Shown here: positions 18,670 through 26,886 of the stretch, piece after piece | Numbering within the stretch: the stretch's first letter is position 1 | Layout of the letters: each line of letters opens with the position of its first letter | Origin: an uncultured Gammaproteobacteria bacterium | GTDB taxonomy: Bacteria > Patescibacteriota > Microgenomatia > Daviesbacterales > UBA10151 | Reading direction: 5' to 3' | Length of the DNA: 64,000 nucleotides | Assembly (NCBI GenBank): GCA_964523905.1 | Contig: CAZFYQ010000002.1 | Coordinates: 2,177-66,176 of the forward strand | Notes under the pieces: generated by a model | The model's database searches: none | What the model was told of the DNA's origin: nothing | The model's input: the letters and a program-made list of their open reading frames with translations, nothing else | Made by a program: the position numbers and the translations under genes

Positions 18670-19497
18670 ATGGGTAAAAGCAAGAAAATTGTTGTTAAAG
18701 GCATAACAGTTACGGTAATACCTAATCAAACAAATGACTACATTTCCCTAACCGATATGTTAAAAGCCAAAGATGGAGACTTTTTTATCTCTGATTGGCT
18801 AAGAAATAGAAATACTGTAGAGTTTCTTGGTATTTGGGAAAGAGTTAACAATCCAAATTTTAATTACGGCGAATTTGCCATAATTAAAAGTCAGGCCGGA
18901 TTAAATAGCTATAAATTAAGTGTTAAAGAATGGGTAGAAAAAACTAAAGCCATTGGGTTAAGGGCTACCGCTGGTAAATACGGTGGAACATATGCTCATA
19001 AAGATATTGCCTTTGAATTTGGAATGTGGATTAGTCCTGAATTCAAGATTTATTTAATTAAAGAATTCCAAAGATTAAAAGAAGAAGAGAATGAACGATT
19101 GCGACTGGGTTGGGATTTAAAGCGAACTTTGGCGAAAGTTAATTATAAAATTCATACGGATGCAATTAAAGAACATTTAATTCCCAAGAAAATTAATAAA
19201 GAAGCAGAAACAATTATTTATGCCAGTGAGGCAGATGTTTTAAATGTAGCTTTATTCGGAATGACAGCTAAAAACTGGCGTGATGAAAATCCAAAGCAGG
19301 AGGGTAATGTAAGAGATTACGCTTCAATTGAACAGCTGATAGTTTTGACAAATCTAGAAGGAATAAATGCTGAATTTATCAGACAGGGCTTATCACAAGG
19401 TGAAAGACTAATAAAACTTAATGAAATTGCCATTTTCCAAATAAAATCTCTTCTTAATAATCCTACTATGAAAAAGTTAATTCAAAAAAGAAAATAA
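18670..19497 (+). CDS. KilA-N domain DNA-binding protein
   Basis: DYISLTDM, WLRNRNTVEFLG.WE, GKYGGTYAHKDIAFEF..WISPEFK. Confidence 0.9.
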   Translation: MGKSKKIVVKGITVTVIPNQTNDYISLTDMLKAKDGDFFISDWLRNRNTVEFLGIWERVNNPNFNYGEFAIIKSQAGLNSYKLSVKEWVEKTKAIGLRATAGKYGGTYAHKDIAFEFGMWISPEFKIYLIKEFQRLKEEENERLRLGWDLKRTLAKVNYKIHTDAIKEHLIPKKINKEAETIIYASEADVLNVALFGMTAKNWRDENPKQEGNVRDYASIEQLIVLTNLEGINAEFIRQGLSQGERLIKLNEIAIFQIKSLLNNPTMKKLIQKRK

Positions 19498-19631
19498 CTC
19501 ATGTCCACATTGTATTTTCCCAAAAACCCACCTAATTCTATTTTTAATTTCAAGCTTTTTTCTTACTTTTTTCTAAATAGATGTTGACAGTTAGTTGATA
19601 AAGTTTAACAATGAAAGTATACTTTGTACCC

Positions 19632-19868
19632 ATGCCAAAAGCTTTAAAAAAATATATTTCTCGAGATAAAGACATTCTGGGTGGAACACCTGTAATTTCT
19701 GGTACCAGAATCCCTATAGAACGAATCTATGAACTTATAAAACAAGGTGAGCCTTTGGAAAAACTGCAAGCTGATTACTCATGGGTAGATAAAAAGAAAA
19801 TTCAATTTGTAATTGCATATTTAATGGAAGCTGGACTTAATGAGTACAAGAAAGTCCAAAAAATATAA
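19632..19868 (+). CDS. DUF433 antitoxin (VapB45-like)
   Basis: ILGGTPVISGTRIP motif. TTGATA-N17-TATACT (19595-19623) favours ATG 19632 over 19611. Confidence 0.85.
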   Translation: MPKALKKYISRDKDILGGTPVISGTRIPIERIYELIKQGEPLEKLQADYSWVDKKKIQFVIAYLMEAGLNEYKKVQKI

Positions 19869-20229
19869 GTTGCTCCTTGATGAAGGGCTGCATCTGCCCA
19901 AGTCTTATCCGAAAACAAATCAATATTACGATTTAAAACATATTTCTCAGACTAAATTTAGAGCTAAACCGGATGCGGATATCTACCAATTGGCTGATAA
20001 TGAAAAAAGATTCCCGGTGGTATTTAACACAAAGGATTTCAAGCCCCTTATCTCAAAAAACAGAATGTCAGTCATTGCATTATCAACAAACTTAACAGAT
20101 AAGGAAGCTGATCTTAAAATATCAAAATCCTTAAGAGAATTATCTACTATGCAGGAAAAGGGATGTCTAATATCAATTAGTAAGACAGGAATTACGATCA
20201 AACTTTCTCAAAATACAGTGGAGAATTAA
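19840..20229 (+). CDS. DUF5615/PIN-like toxin (VapC45-like)
   Basis: KLLLDEGL, D..IYQLA..E.R..V.FNTKDF; overlaps the DUF433 gene. Confidence 0.75.
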   Translation: MSTRKSKKYKLLLDEGLHLPKSYPKTNQYYDLKHISQTKFRAKPDADIYQLADNEKRFPVVFNTKDFKPLISKNRMSVIALSTNLTDKEADLKISKSLRELSTMQEKGCLISISKTGITIKLSQNTVEN

Positions 20230-20240
20230 AGATAACATAT

Positions 20241-20477
20241 ATGGCCACATTGTATTTTCCCAAAAAAACTAGAGAGGGGATGGTTAGAAAAGGCATTTCT
20301 GAAAGTGATATTGAAGATGTGTATGCCAGTGGGGAATACCATCAGGCAGGAGATTCGCATATGATGCTTAAAAGATATAAATCCCAAGGATTTGAAATTG
20401 GATTATATTATATTCCGGATGATCGCATTAGTGGCCGTAACGTAGTCATTGCCACTTGGAAAAGAAAAATTACCTAA
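20241..20477 (+). CDS. DUF4258-like small protein (RelE/BrnT-like fold)
   Basis: M..KGISESDIEDV..G and terminal VVIATW strand. Confidence 0.55.
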   Translation: MATLYFPKKTREGMVRKGISESDIEDVYASGEYHQAGDSHMMLKRYKSQGFEIGLYYIPDDRISGRNVVIATWKRKIT

Positions 20478-20735
20478 TTAGCGATATTTTTTAGGTGTTA
20501 TTTTGAAAGGATTAGAGTACCCTTTTTTGCCAGTGAAGGGGTTTACATTTCCTTTCGTTGAAAAATTATCAAACTTGGTTTTATTTGGTGATGTTTTAAA
20601 ATGCGGTGTAACATAAGTACCTTTTTTTGTTGTATAGCCTCTAACTCTTTGCAAAGCTTGAGCGTTAGAAACTGAAGTTAAAGAAAAAGATAAAACTATC
20701 AAAAAGGCAATTAAATTGAAAATAAGTTTTCTCAC
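20478..20735 (-). CDS. Small secreted basic protein
   Basis: Signal peptide (..SNAQA) followed by VRGYT.K.GTYV.PH...PN....DN.ST.GNVNP.TGK.G. Confidence 0.75.
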   Translation of the reverse strand: MRKLIFNLIAFLIVLSFSLTSVSNAQALQRVRGYTTKKGTYVTPHFKTSPNKTKFDNFSTKGNVNPFTGKKGYSNPFKITPKKYR

Positions 20736-20777
20736 AACAGGATTATAGCATGTATAAAATTCTGATATAATTTCGCT

Positions 20778-22379
20778 GTGAACCTAAAAAATATTTTCAA
20801 ATCTTTTAAAACAGTAGAGAATAAAAATAAAGTGGAAAAAATAGTTAATATCCCTAAACCAAAAGTCCCTGAAGCTTTATCAGAAAGTCCGAAAAAACCA
20901 GTTTTGGCTGATACTTTAGCCCAAAATATCACAGGCAAAGGGACTGTTTGGAAGTATCCACCACTCTCTCTTTTATCAGATAAAGTTGGTCCTCCAGCGG
21001 ATAGAGGAGACGTTAGAAAATCTGCTTCCACTATAGAAAAGGCCTTTGATTCATTCGGCATACAAGCCAGAGTAGCTGAAGTAAATGGTGGTCCGTCTGT
21101 AACGCAGTATGCCCTAGAAGTGGCATCGGGAACAAATATAGCCAAACTTATTAATTTCCAACAGGATATTGCTATGGCTTTGGCGTCCAGTACTGGGACT
21201 GTAAGAATAGAAGCTCCAATTCCTGGAAAATCTTTAGTAGGTATTGAAGTTCCAAACAGATCGTTGGAAATTGTAGGATTAAAACAGATTTTAGCATCGG
21301 ATGAAATGAGTAGACATAAATCAAAGCTGGCGGTAGCACTAGGTAGAGATTCTGCTTCTAGACCAATCGTAATGGATATAGATAAAATGCCATATCTTTT
21401 AATTGCTGGTACATCAGGTTCAGGAAAATCAGTATGTATCCATAGCCTAGTTGCATCATTGCTCTTTAGAAATTCACCTGATGAACTAAAGTTAATTCTA
21501 GTTGATCCTTCAAGGGTAGAATTGGGATTATATAACAGTGTCCCCCATCTCCTAACCCCAGTTATTACTGAACCAGAAAAAGCGGTCAGTGCCTTAAAAT
21601 GGATTATGGCAGAAATGGATAGAAGATATAAATTATTTCAAAGCGTTGGAGTGAGAAATATACAAGGATACAGCGATATAAGTGGTTACCAAGCTTTACC
21701 ATACGTTGTAATTTTCATTGATGACCCCGGTCTGCTCATTCAATTTGCCCCAGTTGAAATCGAAGATGCGCTAGTTCGTATAACCCAAATGGGAAGAGCA
21801 GTGGGAATACATTTAGTGATGACTACTCAACGACCCTCGATAGATGTTATATCAGGTTTAATCAAGGCTAAAATTCCAGGAAGAATATCGTTTCTTCTCC
21901 CGAGTATAACCGATTCTATGGTCATTCTTGATCAACCTGGAGCAGAGAAACTATTGGGAAGAGGAGATATGTTATTTTATCCTCCAGATGCATCAAAGCC
22001 GATGAGGATCCAGGGAATTTTTGTACAAGATTCTGAAATAAGTAATTTAACCAAATACTTGAAAGAATTCAGTAGTGTTCCACAATATACTGCGGAAGTA
22101 ACAGAGATGCCGGTAGGGAAGTGGAATCAAAAAGGCGGGGATGGGGGAGACAGAGATCAATTATTTGAAGAAGCAGTTAGAACTATTTGTCAGTATGATC
22201 GGGCTTCAGCATCCTTACTGCAACGAAGACTTAAAGTTGGCTATGCCAGAGCCGCTAGAATTCTAGACGAGTTAGAAGTAGCCGGAATTGTTGGTCCGGG
22301 TGAAGGATCAACACAAAGAGACGTACTTGTGAAGGATTCTGAAGAGTTTCTAAAGGATTTTAGTAATAAATCTAGATAA
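20778..22379 (+). CDS. ftsK: FtsK/SpoIIIE DNA translocase-like protein without N-terminal TM domain
   Basis: Alpha domain (RIEAPIPGKS.VGIEVPN), GTSGSGKS, TQRPS.DV, GAEKLLGRGDML, gamma domain (SASLLQRRLKVGYARAAR). Walker B reads DDPG. Confidence 0.85.
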   Translation: MNLKNIFKSFKTVENKNKVEKIVNIPKPKVPEALSESPKKPVLADTLAQNITGKGTVWKYPPLSLLSDKVGPPADRGDVRKSASTIEKAFDSFGIQARVAEVNGGPSVTQYALEVASGTNIAKLINFQQDIAMALASSTGTVRIEAPIPGKSLVGIEVPNRSLEIVGLKQILASDEMSRHKSKLAVALGRDSASRPIVMDIDKMPYLLIAGTSGSGKSVCIHSLVASLLFRNSPDELKLILVDPSRVELGLYNSVPHLLTPVITEPEKAVSALKWIMAEMDRRYKLFQSVGVRNIQGYSDISGYQALPYVVIFIDDPGLLIQFAPVEIEDALVRITQMGRAVGIHLVMTTQRPSIDVISGLIKAKIPGRISFLLPSITDSMVILDQPGAEKLLGRGDMLFYPPDASKPMRIQGIFVQDSEISNLTKYLKEFSSVPQYTAEVTEMPVGKWNQKGGDGGDRDQLFEEAVRTICQYDRASASLLQRRLKVGYARAARILDELEVAGIVGPGEGSTQRDVLVKDSEEFLKDFSNKSR

Positions 22380-22408
22380 TCCTTCAAGATGGTTGTATGA
22401 TTAAATGA

Positions 22409-22660
22409 GTGAAAAGATTCTTAATAACTTTGGTTTTAAGTGTTTTGGTATGGCTATCAAGTGGAATTATTCAGCTTCTAGTTCAAAAGGATGTCGTTTC
22501 AGGATTCTTTTCGTTTGGTGGATCGTGTGAAATAACCGGTTATCCTATTGCACTGTGTATTTCCAGTCACGACAATTTAATGTTTATTGTCTTGAGTATA
22601 ATCAATATTGCCTTTTGGTTTTGGCTAATCCATTTTCTTGGAAGACGACTTGTTAAATAA
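22409..22660 (+). CDS. Small membrane protein
   Basis: Two hydrophobic segments around GYP. Confidence 0.55.
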   Translation: MKRFLITLVLSVLVWLSSGIIQLLVQKDVVSGFFSFGGSCEITGYPIALCISSHDNLMFIVLSIINIAFWFWLIHFLGRRLVK

Positions 22661-25591
22661 TTGTTTAACTTCTCGAAAAACAAAAGTTCTAATTGGCATC
22701 AGAGTAAATCCTAATAGCAGTAAAGTTAGCATACCAATTCCGCCGGAAACTATTAGTAAACCATTGAAAGTTTGTTTAGAAGTATCTAATTCCTTCATCG
22801 CCAGATTATCCCTAATTTCTTGGTTTACCTGAGCAGGACTTTTAAAAGTCACTCCCAGAACTGCAGGAGTTACTGGGATAAAGCTGTAAAAGGGGTGTGT
22901 TGCCTGGCTCCTGGCAATTACCGGTTCCAGAGGAAAATTGGTGGGAATAACCGTCGGACTCAAAGTTGAAGAAACTGCAGTGGGGGTTGGTGAAGGAGTA
23001 GGAGTGGTAGTTGGATCAGGGGTGTGAGTGGGTGTTGGTGACGGAGTGGGCGCGGCAATATTAAAAGTAATAGTTTGGGGTACTTCCTGGTTACCGGATT
23101 TATCAGTAGACATTACCTGTAGGGTAGTAGTACCAGCAGTAGAAATTGTAAAAGGCGCAACATAAGTCTGCACTGTCACACCATTATCCAAACTGTATTC
23201 AGTTTTTAAAATACCTGATCCGCTATCAGTGCCAGTTAAAGTAACTATAACTAGACCAGTATAAAAACCAGAAGAGTCTTTAGTCCCGGTAATAACAACT
23301 TGGGTTACTGGAGCTGTAAAATCTGTGGCAGTTGTAGCACTGGTGGGTGGAATAGTATTGCCACCCTGGCTTAAGAATGGGGGAGTATCAGAGTTGGTAT
23401 CTAAAGTTAAATCAATCTCGCTATTATCCGGCAAAGGCAGATTTTGATAAGTACTGGTTTGAGAGATTTGATCAGTTTTATAAACTCGTACTTTTAGATT
23501 AGTGGTTTTTTTAGTGGTGGTGGACGTTTTTTTAGTGACTTTAGCTTTAACTTTAACACCTTTTTTAACAAAAGCTTGTTTAGTATTACCAGTACTGCTG
23601 CAAGTGACTCCGGGAATATTTTGTTCCAGCTGACCCTGAGCATTTTGACCACAATGATTGCCAGCATCATCATATAAATCTAAACTGCCATCATCTAAAG
23701 TTAATTGTTGGCCTTCTAAAACAATTTTCTGATCTTTAACCTGAGTTGGCAAAGAATTATCATCATTTAAGATAGATTTAACAGTTAACATGGCGGAGCC
23801 GGAAGCATTAACTAAATCAGTATGTCCTTGTTCCACATAGTAAATCTTGGTAGCTCCTGATAAGTCCTGAGTATCTGTTTTTAAAGACGCGCTATATAAA
23901 GGTACAGTATTATCACCGTTAACATAAATCTCATCGGTTTTAGGCAGTAAATTAATTGGCCAGGTGATCCACCAGGTTTCATCAATCTGGCCTAAGGTCG
24001 GTTGAGCAGTGCCGACTATTTCGTAAATTTTTACTCCGTTAGTTTGACTAGAAGTTGAATCCAAAACATTATGTAACTGCTCACCGAAATTATAGACAGT
24101 CATGTTATAGCCCAGATTCGTTAATAAAGTTTTAGTTTCCGAATAATTTAAAGCGCCGGAAAATTGGTTATTATCAATATCGCGATCATCACGGTATGGA
24201 TAAGGATGGTCGATATCAGAGTTATTGTATAAATCGAAATATTTTGTAGATGGAACCAAAGAAAATTGTGAAGGAAAATTCTGTATGACGTCTTTGACTT
24301 CAGTGCCATTAACACCGATATTGATAATTTTAAAATACCATCTACCCAATGGTTCACCGTAAACAATAGCTTTTATTGCAGAAGGTGCTCCTAAATGTGG
24401 AGTACCTAATTCTATCAATTTGTTAACCTTAGAGGCTTTGGTGGTATCGGTTATGTAGTTTCTGGCAATTAGACCACCCATAGAATGGGTCACCAGGTTA
24501 ACTTTGGTTTGCCCGGAAGCGGTTTTAGCAGATTCTATTAACTGATCCAAAGCTGTTTGGTTACTGCGGACATCTTTCCGCCAGTCATAATTAAATACAA
24601 AGTAATTTGTGCCTTTGGTATAACCCATTTGGGTAAAAAAGTTATCAATATCCCCATATCCAAAAGAAGTTAAATTGCCGGTTAAACCAATGGCCGCGCT
24701 TGATGTCACCCCATCCTGATTCATCCGTAGTACATCAAAATAATCATCATCCCCTAAAGCTGCTGCCTGATCCTGGTTAACCCAAATCTTTTCATTGTTG
24801 GTATAGCCGTGAGAAAAAATGCCGCCATGACCGTTATCCGTAGACCAGATAATATCCTGTGAGGCCTTCATTTCTGAGCCACCAATTCCGGGAATAAATA
24901 TCACTGGTAAGCGCGGTGGCGGCGGGGGAGGCGCATTATTATTTAATACAAAGTAGAGGTCATCTTTGGCTGTGGTAAAAATATTACAGCCGTTATTGCT
25001 GCTGGTTGATCCGTAAACATAAGAGGCAGGAGAGCAGATGCCATTATCAAAAGCGTAACGTACTCCCCCGCCTGTGAAGTAATCAGTACTTGGTTTACCA
25101 GAGTAGGTAGCTGAACCCAGTAGTAGTGCACCGGAGCCGGAATTGCTTTGGTTAGCATTAGATAGCTGGATTAGATAGCGATGTCCGGTAATGAAATTAT
25201 AATTTCGGCAGGAAAAATCAAGAGTGACATCCTCATAACCTGAAGGTAGCCCGGTGGTAGTAAAAGTGAGGCCGTTTAACGGGTCAGATGAGTTGGTAAC
25301 ACAAGCATAAACAAAGGAATTGTTGTTATCTTTATCAAAAATCCGGGAATTTAAAGCCGTAAAATTAAACTGATTAGTGTTAGGCCTGCTGGTAGAAACC
25401 CGGAAGGTAAAGTTTTGTAAAGTACCGGATAAATTATTGCCCAGTTCCTGAATTGATTCCCAGACATTTAAAGAAGAAGAATAGTCAGTGGTTTGTTGAG
25501 CAATGGTGACTGCTTCAACCGGCAAAATGGTAACTGTAAGAATTGTTACCACAAAGATTAGACCCTTAAGTAGAAAGATGGGCAGTTTCAC
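22625..25591 (-). CDS. Surface-anchored alpha/beta hydrolase (LCAT/phospholipase-like) with Ig-like module and Pro/Thr linker
   Basis: Signal peptide; PVIFIPGIGGS, YDWRKD, THSMGG nucleophile, GTPHLGA, GDNTVP; D..SG...TEYSLD..D.SGN.E module; C-terminal TM. Confidence 0.82.
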   Translation of the reverse strand: MKLPIFLLKGLIFVVTILTVTILPVEAVTIAQQTTDYSSSLNVWESIQELGNNLSGTLQNFTFRVSTSRPNTNQFNFTALNSRIFDKDNNNSFVYACVTNSSDPLNGLTFTTTGLPSGYEDVTLDFSCRNYNFITGHRYLIQLSNANQSNSGSGALLLGSATYSGKPSTDYFTGGGVRYAFDNGICSPASYVYGSTSSNNGCNIFTTAKDDLYFVLNNNAPPPPPPRLPVIFIPGIGGSEMKASQDIIWSTDNGHGGIFSHGYTNNEKIWVNQDQAAALGDDDYFDVLRMNQDGVTSSAAIGLTGNLTSFGYGDIDNFFTQMGYTKGTNYFVFNYDWRKDVRSNQTALDQLIESAKTASGQTKVNLVTHSMGGLIARNYITDTTKASKVNKLIELGTPHLGAPSAIKAIVYGEPLGRWYFKIINIGVNGTEVKDVIQNFPSQFSLVPSTKYFDLYNNSDIDHPYPYRDDRDIDNNQFSGALNYSETKTLLTNLGYNMTVYNFGEQLHNVLDSTSSQTNGVKIYEIVGTAQPTLGQIDETWWITWPINLLPKTDEIYVNGDNTVPLYSASLKTDTQDLSGATKIYYVEQGHTDLVNASGSAMLTVKSILNDDNSLPTQVKDQKIVLEGQQLTLDDGSLDLYDDAGNHCGQNAQGQLEQNIPGVTCSSTGNTKQAFVKKGVKVKAKVTKKTSTTTKKTTNLKVRVYKTDQISQTSTYQNLPLPDNSEIDLTLDTNSDTPPFLSQGGNTIPPTSATTATDFTAPVTQVVITGTKDSSGFYTGLVIVTLTGTDSGSGILKTEYSLDNGVTVQTYVAPFTISTAGTTTLQVMSTDKSGNQEVPQTITFNIAAPTPSPTPTHTPDPTTTPTPSPTPTAVSSTLSPTVIPTNFPLEPVIARSQATHPFYSFIPVTPAVLGVTFKSPAQVNQEIRDNLAMKELDTSKQTFNGLLIVSGGIGMLTLLLLGFTLMPIRTFVFREVKQLFNKSSSKKMD

Positions 25592-25642
25592 TTTAGGCTT
25601 ACATAATTACTGTACCACTTTAGAGGAAAATGTGGTATAAAA

Positions 25643-26353
25643 GTGGGGATGTTTACTAACCAGAAAGTGTTAGCTTTAATTTTAATAGTTTTCCTAATTG
25701 GAGCAGCCGGTTATTTTACAGTTTCCAAGTTTAAAGCAGATGTGTCTGATGCCGGAGTGTCACCAACTCCCACTCCCCCTGCTCTAAGTTTTACCTTTAG
25801 CGCTAATTCCCAAACTCCGGCACCTGGCCAAACCGGACAAGCAGGTCAAACTCAACCTGCTCAATCACTGCCTTTGGAACATAACAAACATTTGGATAAA
25901 TTCCCCGGACTACTAGCCCCGGATGTGTTAGCCAATAAATCCGCCTTAATTCAAACTAAAAAGGGTAATATTTCTTTGCAGATTTATCCAGAGGCCACCA
26001 AAGCTGCTTCTAATTTTTTGCTGCTAGCTGCTAATGGATTTTATGATGGATTAACGTTTCATCGGGTGGAGGATTGGGTGGTACAGGGTGGGGACCCTGA
26101 TGGTACAGGACGCGGTGGGCCAGGATATCAGTTTGAAGATGAGCCGGTGACCAGATCATACACACAAGGGATTGTGGCCATGGCTAATGCCGGACCCAAT
26201 ACCAATGGCTCACAGTTTTTTATTTTGAAAAAAGATTATCCGCTGCCACCTAACTATACTATCTTTGGCAACGTGGTTTCCGGTATGGATGTGGTGTCTC
26301 AAATCGCCGTAGGTGATGTGATGCAAAAGGTGACAATACAAAACCTTAAATAG
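25643..26353 (+). CDS. Cyclophilin-type peptidyl-prolyl isomerase, membrane anchored
   Basis: FYDGLTFHRV, QGGDP.GTG.GGPG, MANAGPNTNGSQFFI; start may be ATG 25649. Confidence 0.93.
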   Translation: MGMFTNQKVLALILIVFLIGAAGYFTVSKFKADVSDAGVSPTPTPPALSFTFSANSQTPAPGQTGQAGQTQPAQSLPLEHNKHLDKFPGLLAPDVLANKSALIQTKKGNISLQIYPEATKAASNFLLLAANGFYDGLTFHRVEDWVVQGGDPDGTGRGGPGYQFEDEPVTRSYTQGIVAMANAGPNTNGSQFFILKKDYPLPPNYTIFGNVVSGMDVVSQIAVGDVMQKVTIQNLK

Positions 26354-26380
26354 ATTCTTACGCTACGCTTCAGAATGACA
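26352..26380. repeat. Palindromic repeat family, right-arm fragment
   Basis: AGATTCTTACGCTACGCTTCAGAATGACA ~ AGATTCTTCGCTTCGCTCAGAATGACA at the end of the 58605-58692 copy. Confidence 0.7.
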
Positions 26381-26385
26381 GGGGG

Positions 26386-26432
26386 GTACCACATCTTGTA
26401 TATTGACACTTCATGATATCAACATGTTATGT
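26386..26432 (+). promoter_or_regulatory. Tandem NrdR boxes upstream of nrdR-nrdJ
   Basis: GTACCACATCTTGTAT (26386) and TATCAACATGTTATGT (26417) each match about 10/16 of acaCwAtATaTwGtgt. They are 31 bp apart and flank TTGACA. Confidence 0.7.
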
Positions 26433-26445
26433 TAATATAGGTAAT

Positions 26446-26886
26446 GTGAAATGTCCTTTCTGTGCAAGCGATTTAAGCAAAGTAGTTGATAAAAGGTCAG
26501 TAACTGGACGGGGTGAAATCAGAAGACGAAGGCAGTGTCTTAAGTGTGATAAAAGATTTACCACGTATGAGTCTTTGGCTCAACTACAACTGGCGGTGCT
26601 AAAAAAAGACGGCACCAGACAGGCATTTGATGGGGAAAAGATTAGGAGAGGGTTAATTAGGGCTTTGGAAAAACGGCCGGGAATAGAAAAAGTGGGCACT
26701 ATTGTGGATCGGATTGAAGGTAGAATTAGGGCTAGAAGACTTAGTGAAATTGAGTCAGCCACTTTAGGAAAATGGGTGCTGTCAGAGCTGAAAAAATTGG
26801 ATGCGGTGGCATATCTTCGATATGTTAGTGTCTACCGATCTTTTGGAGACTTAAAAGACTTTAGTAAAGAATTAGAAACACTATGA
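26446..26886 (+). CDS. nrdR: Transcriptional repressor NrdR
   Basis: GTG start KCPFC, IRRRRQC..C..RFTTYE, ATP cone, VAYLRY.SVY. Confidence 0.95.
   Translation: MKCPFCASDLSKVVDKRSVTGRGEIRRRRQCLKCDKRFTTYESLAQLQLAVLKKDGTRQAFDGEKIRRGLIRALEKRPGIEKVGTIVDRIEGRIRARRLSEIESATLGKWVLSELKKLDAVAYLRYVSVYRSFGDLKDFSKELETL

Larger units (their letters stand above)
19501..20266 (+). repeat. 26-bp direct repeat (1 mismatch) bracketing the TA module
   Basis: ATGTCCACATTGTATTTTCCCAAAAA (19501) versus ATGGCCACATTGTATTTTCCCAAAAA (20241, start of the DUF4258-like gene). Confidence 0.85.

Noticed and set aside
17983-20735. Integron-like cassette array
   Set aside because: The genes are small and cassette-like, but I found no convincing attC (RYYYAAC...GTTRRRY) sites and no integrase.
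8725-22660. Prophage or IS element
   Set aside because: No integrase, transposase, terminase or structural genes were recognised; KilA-N alone is insufficient.
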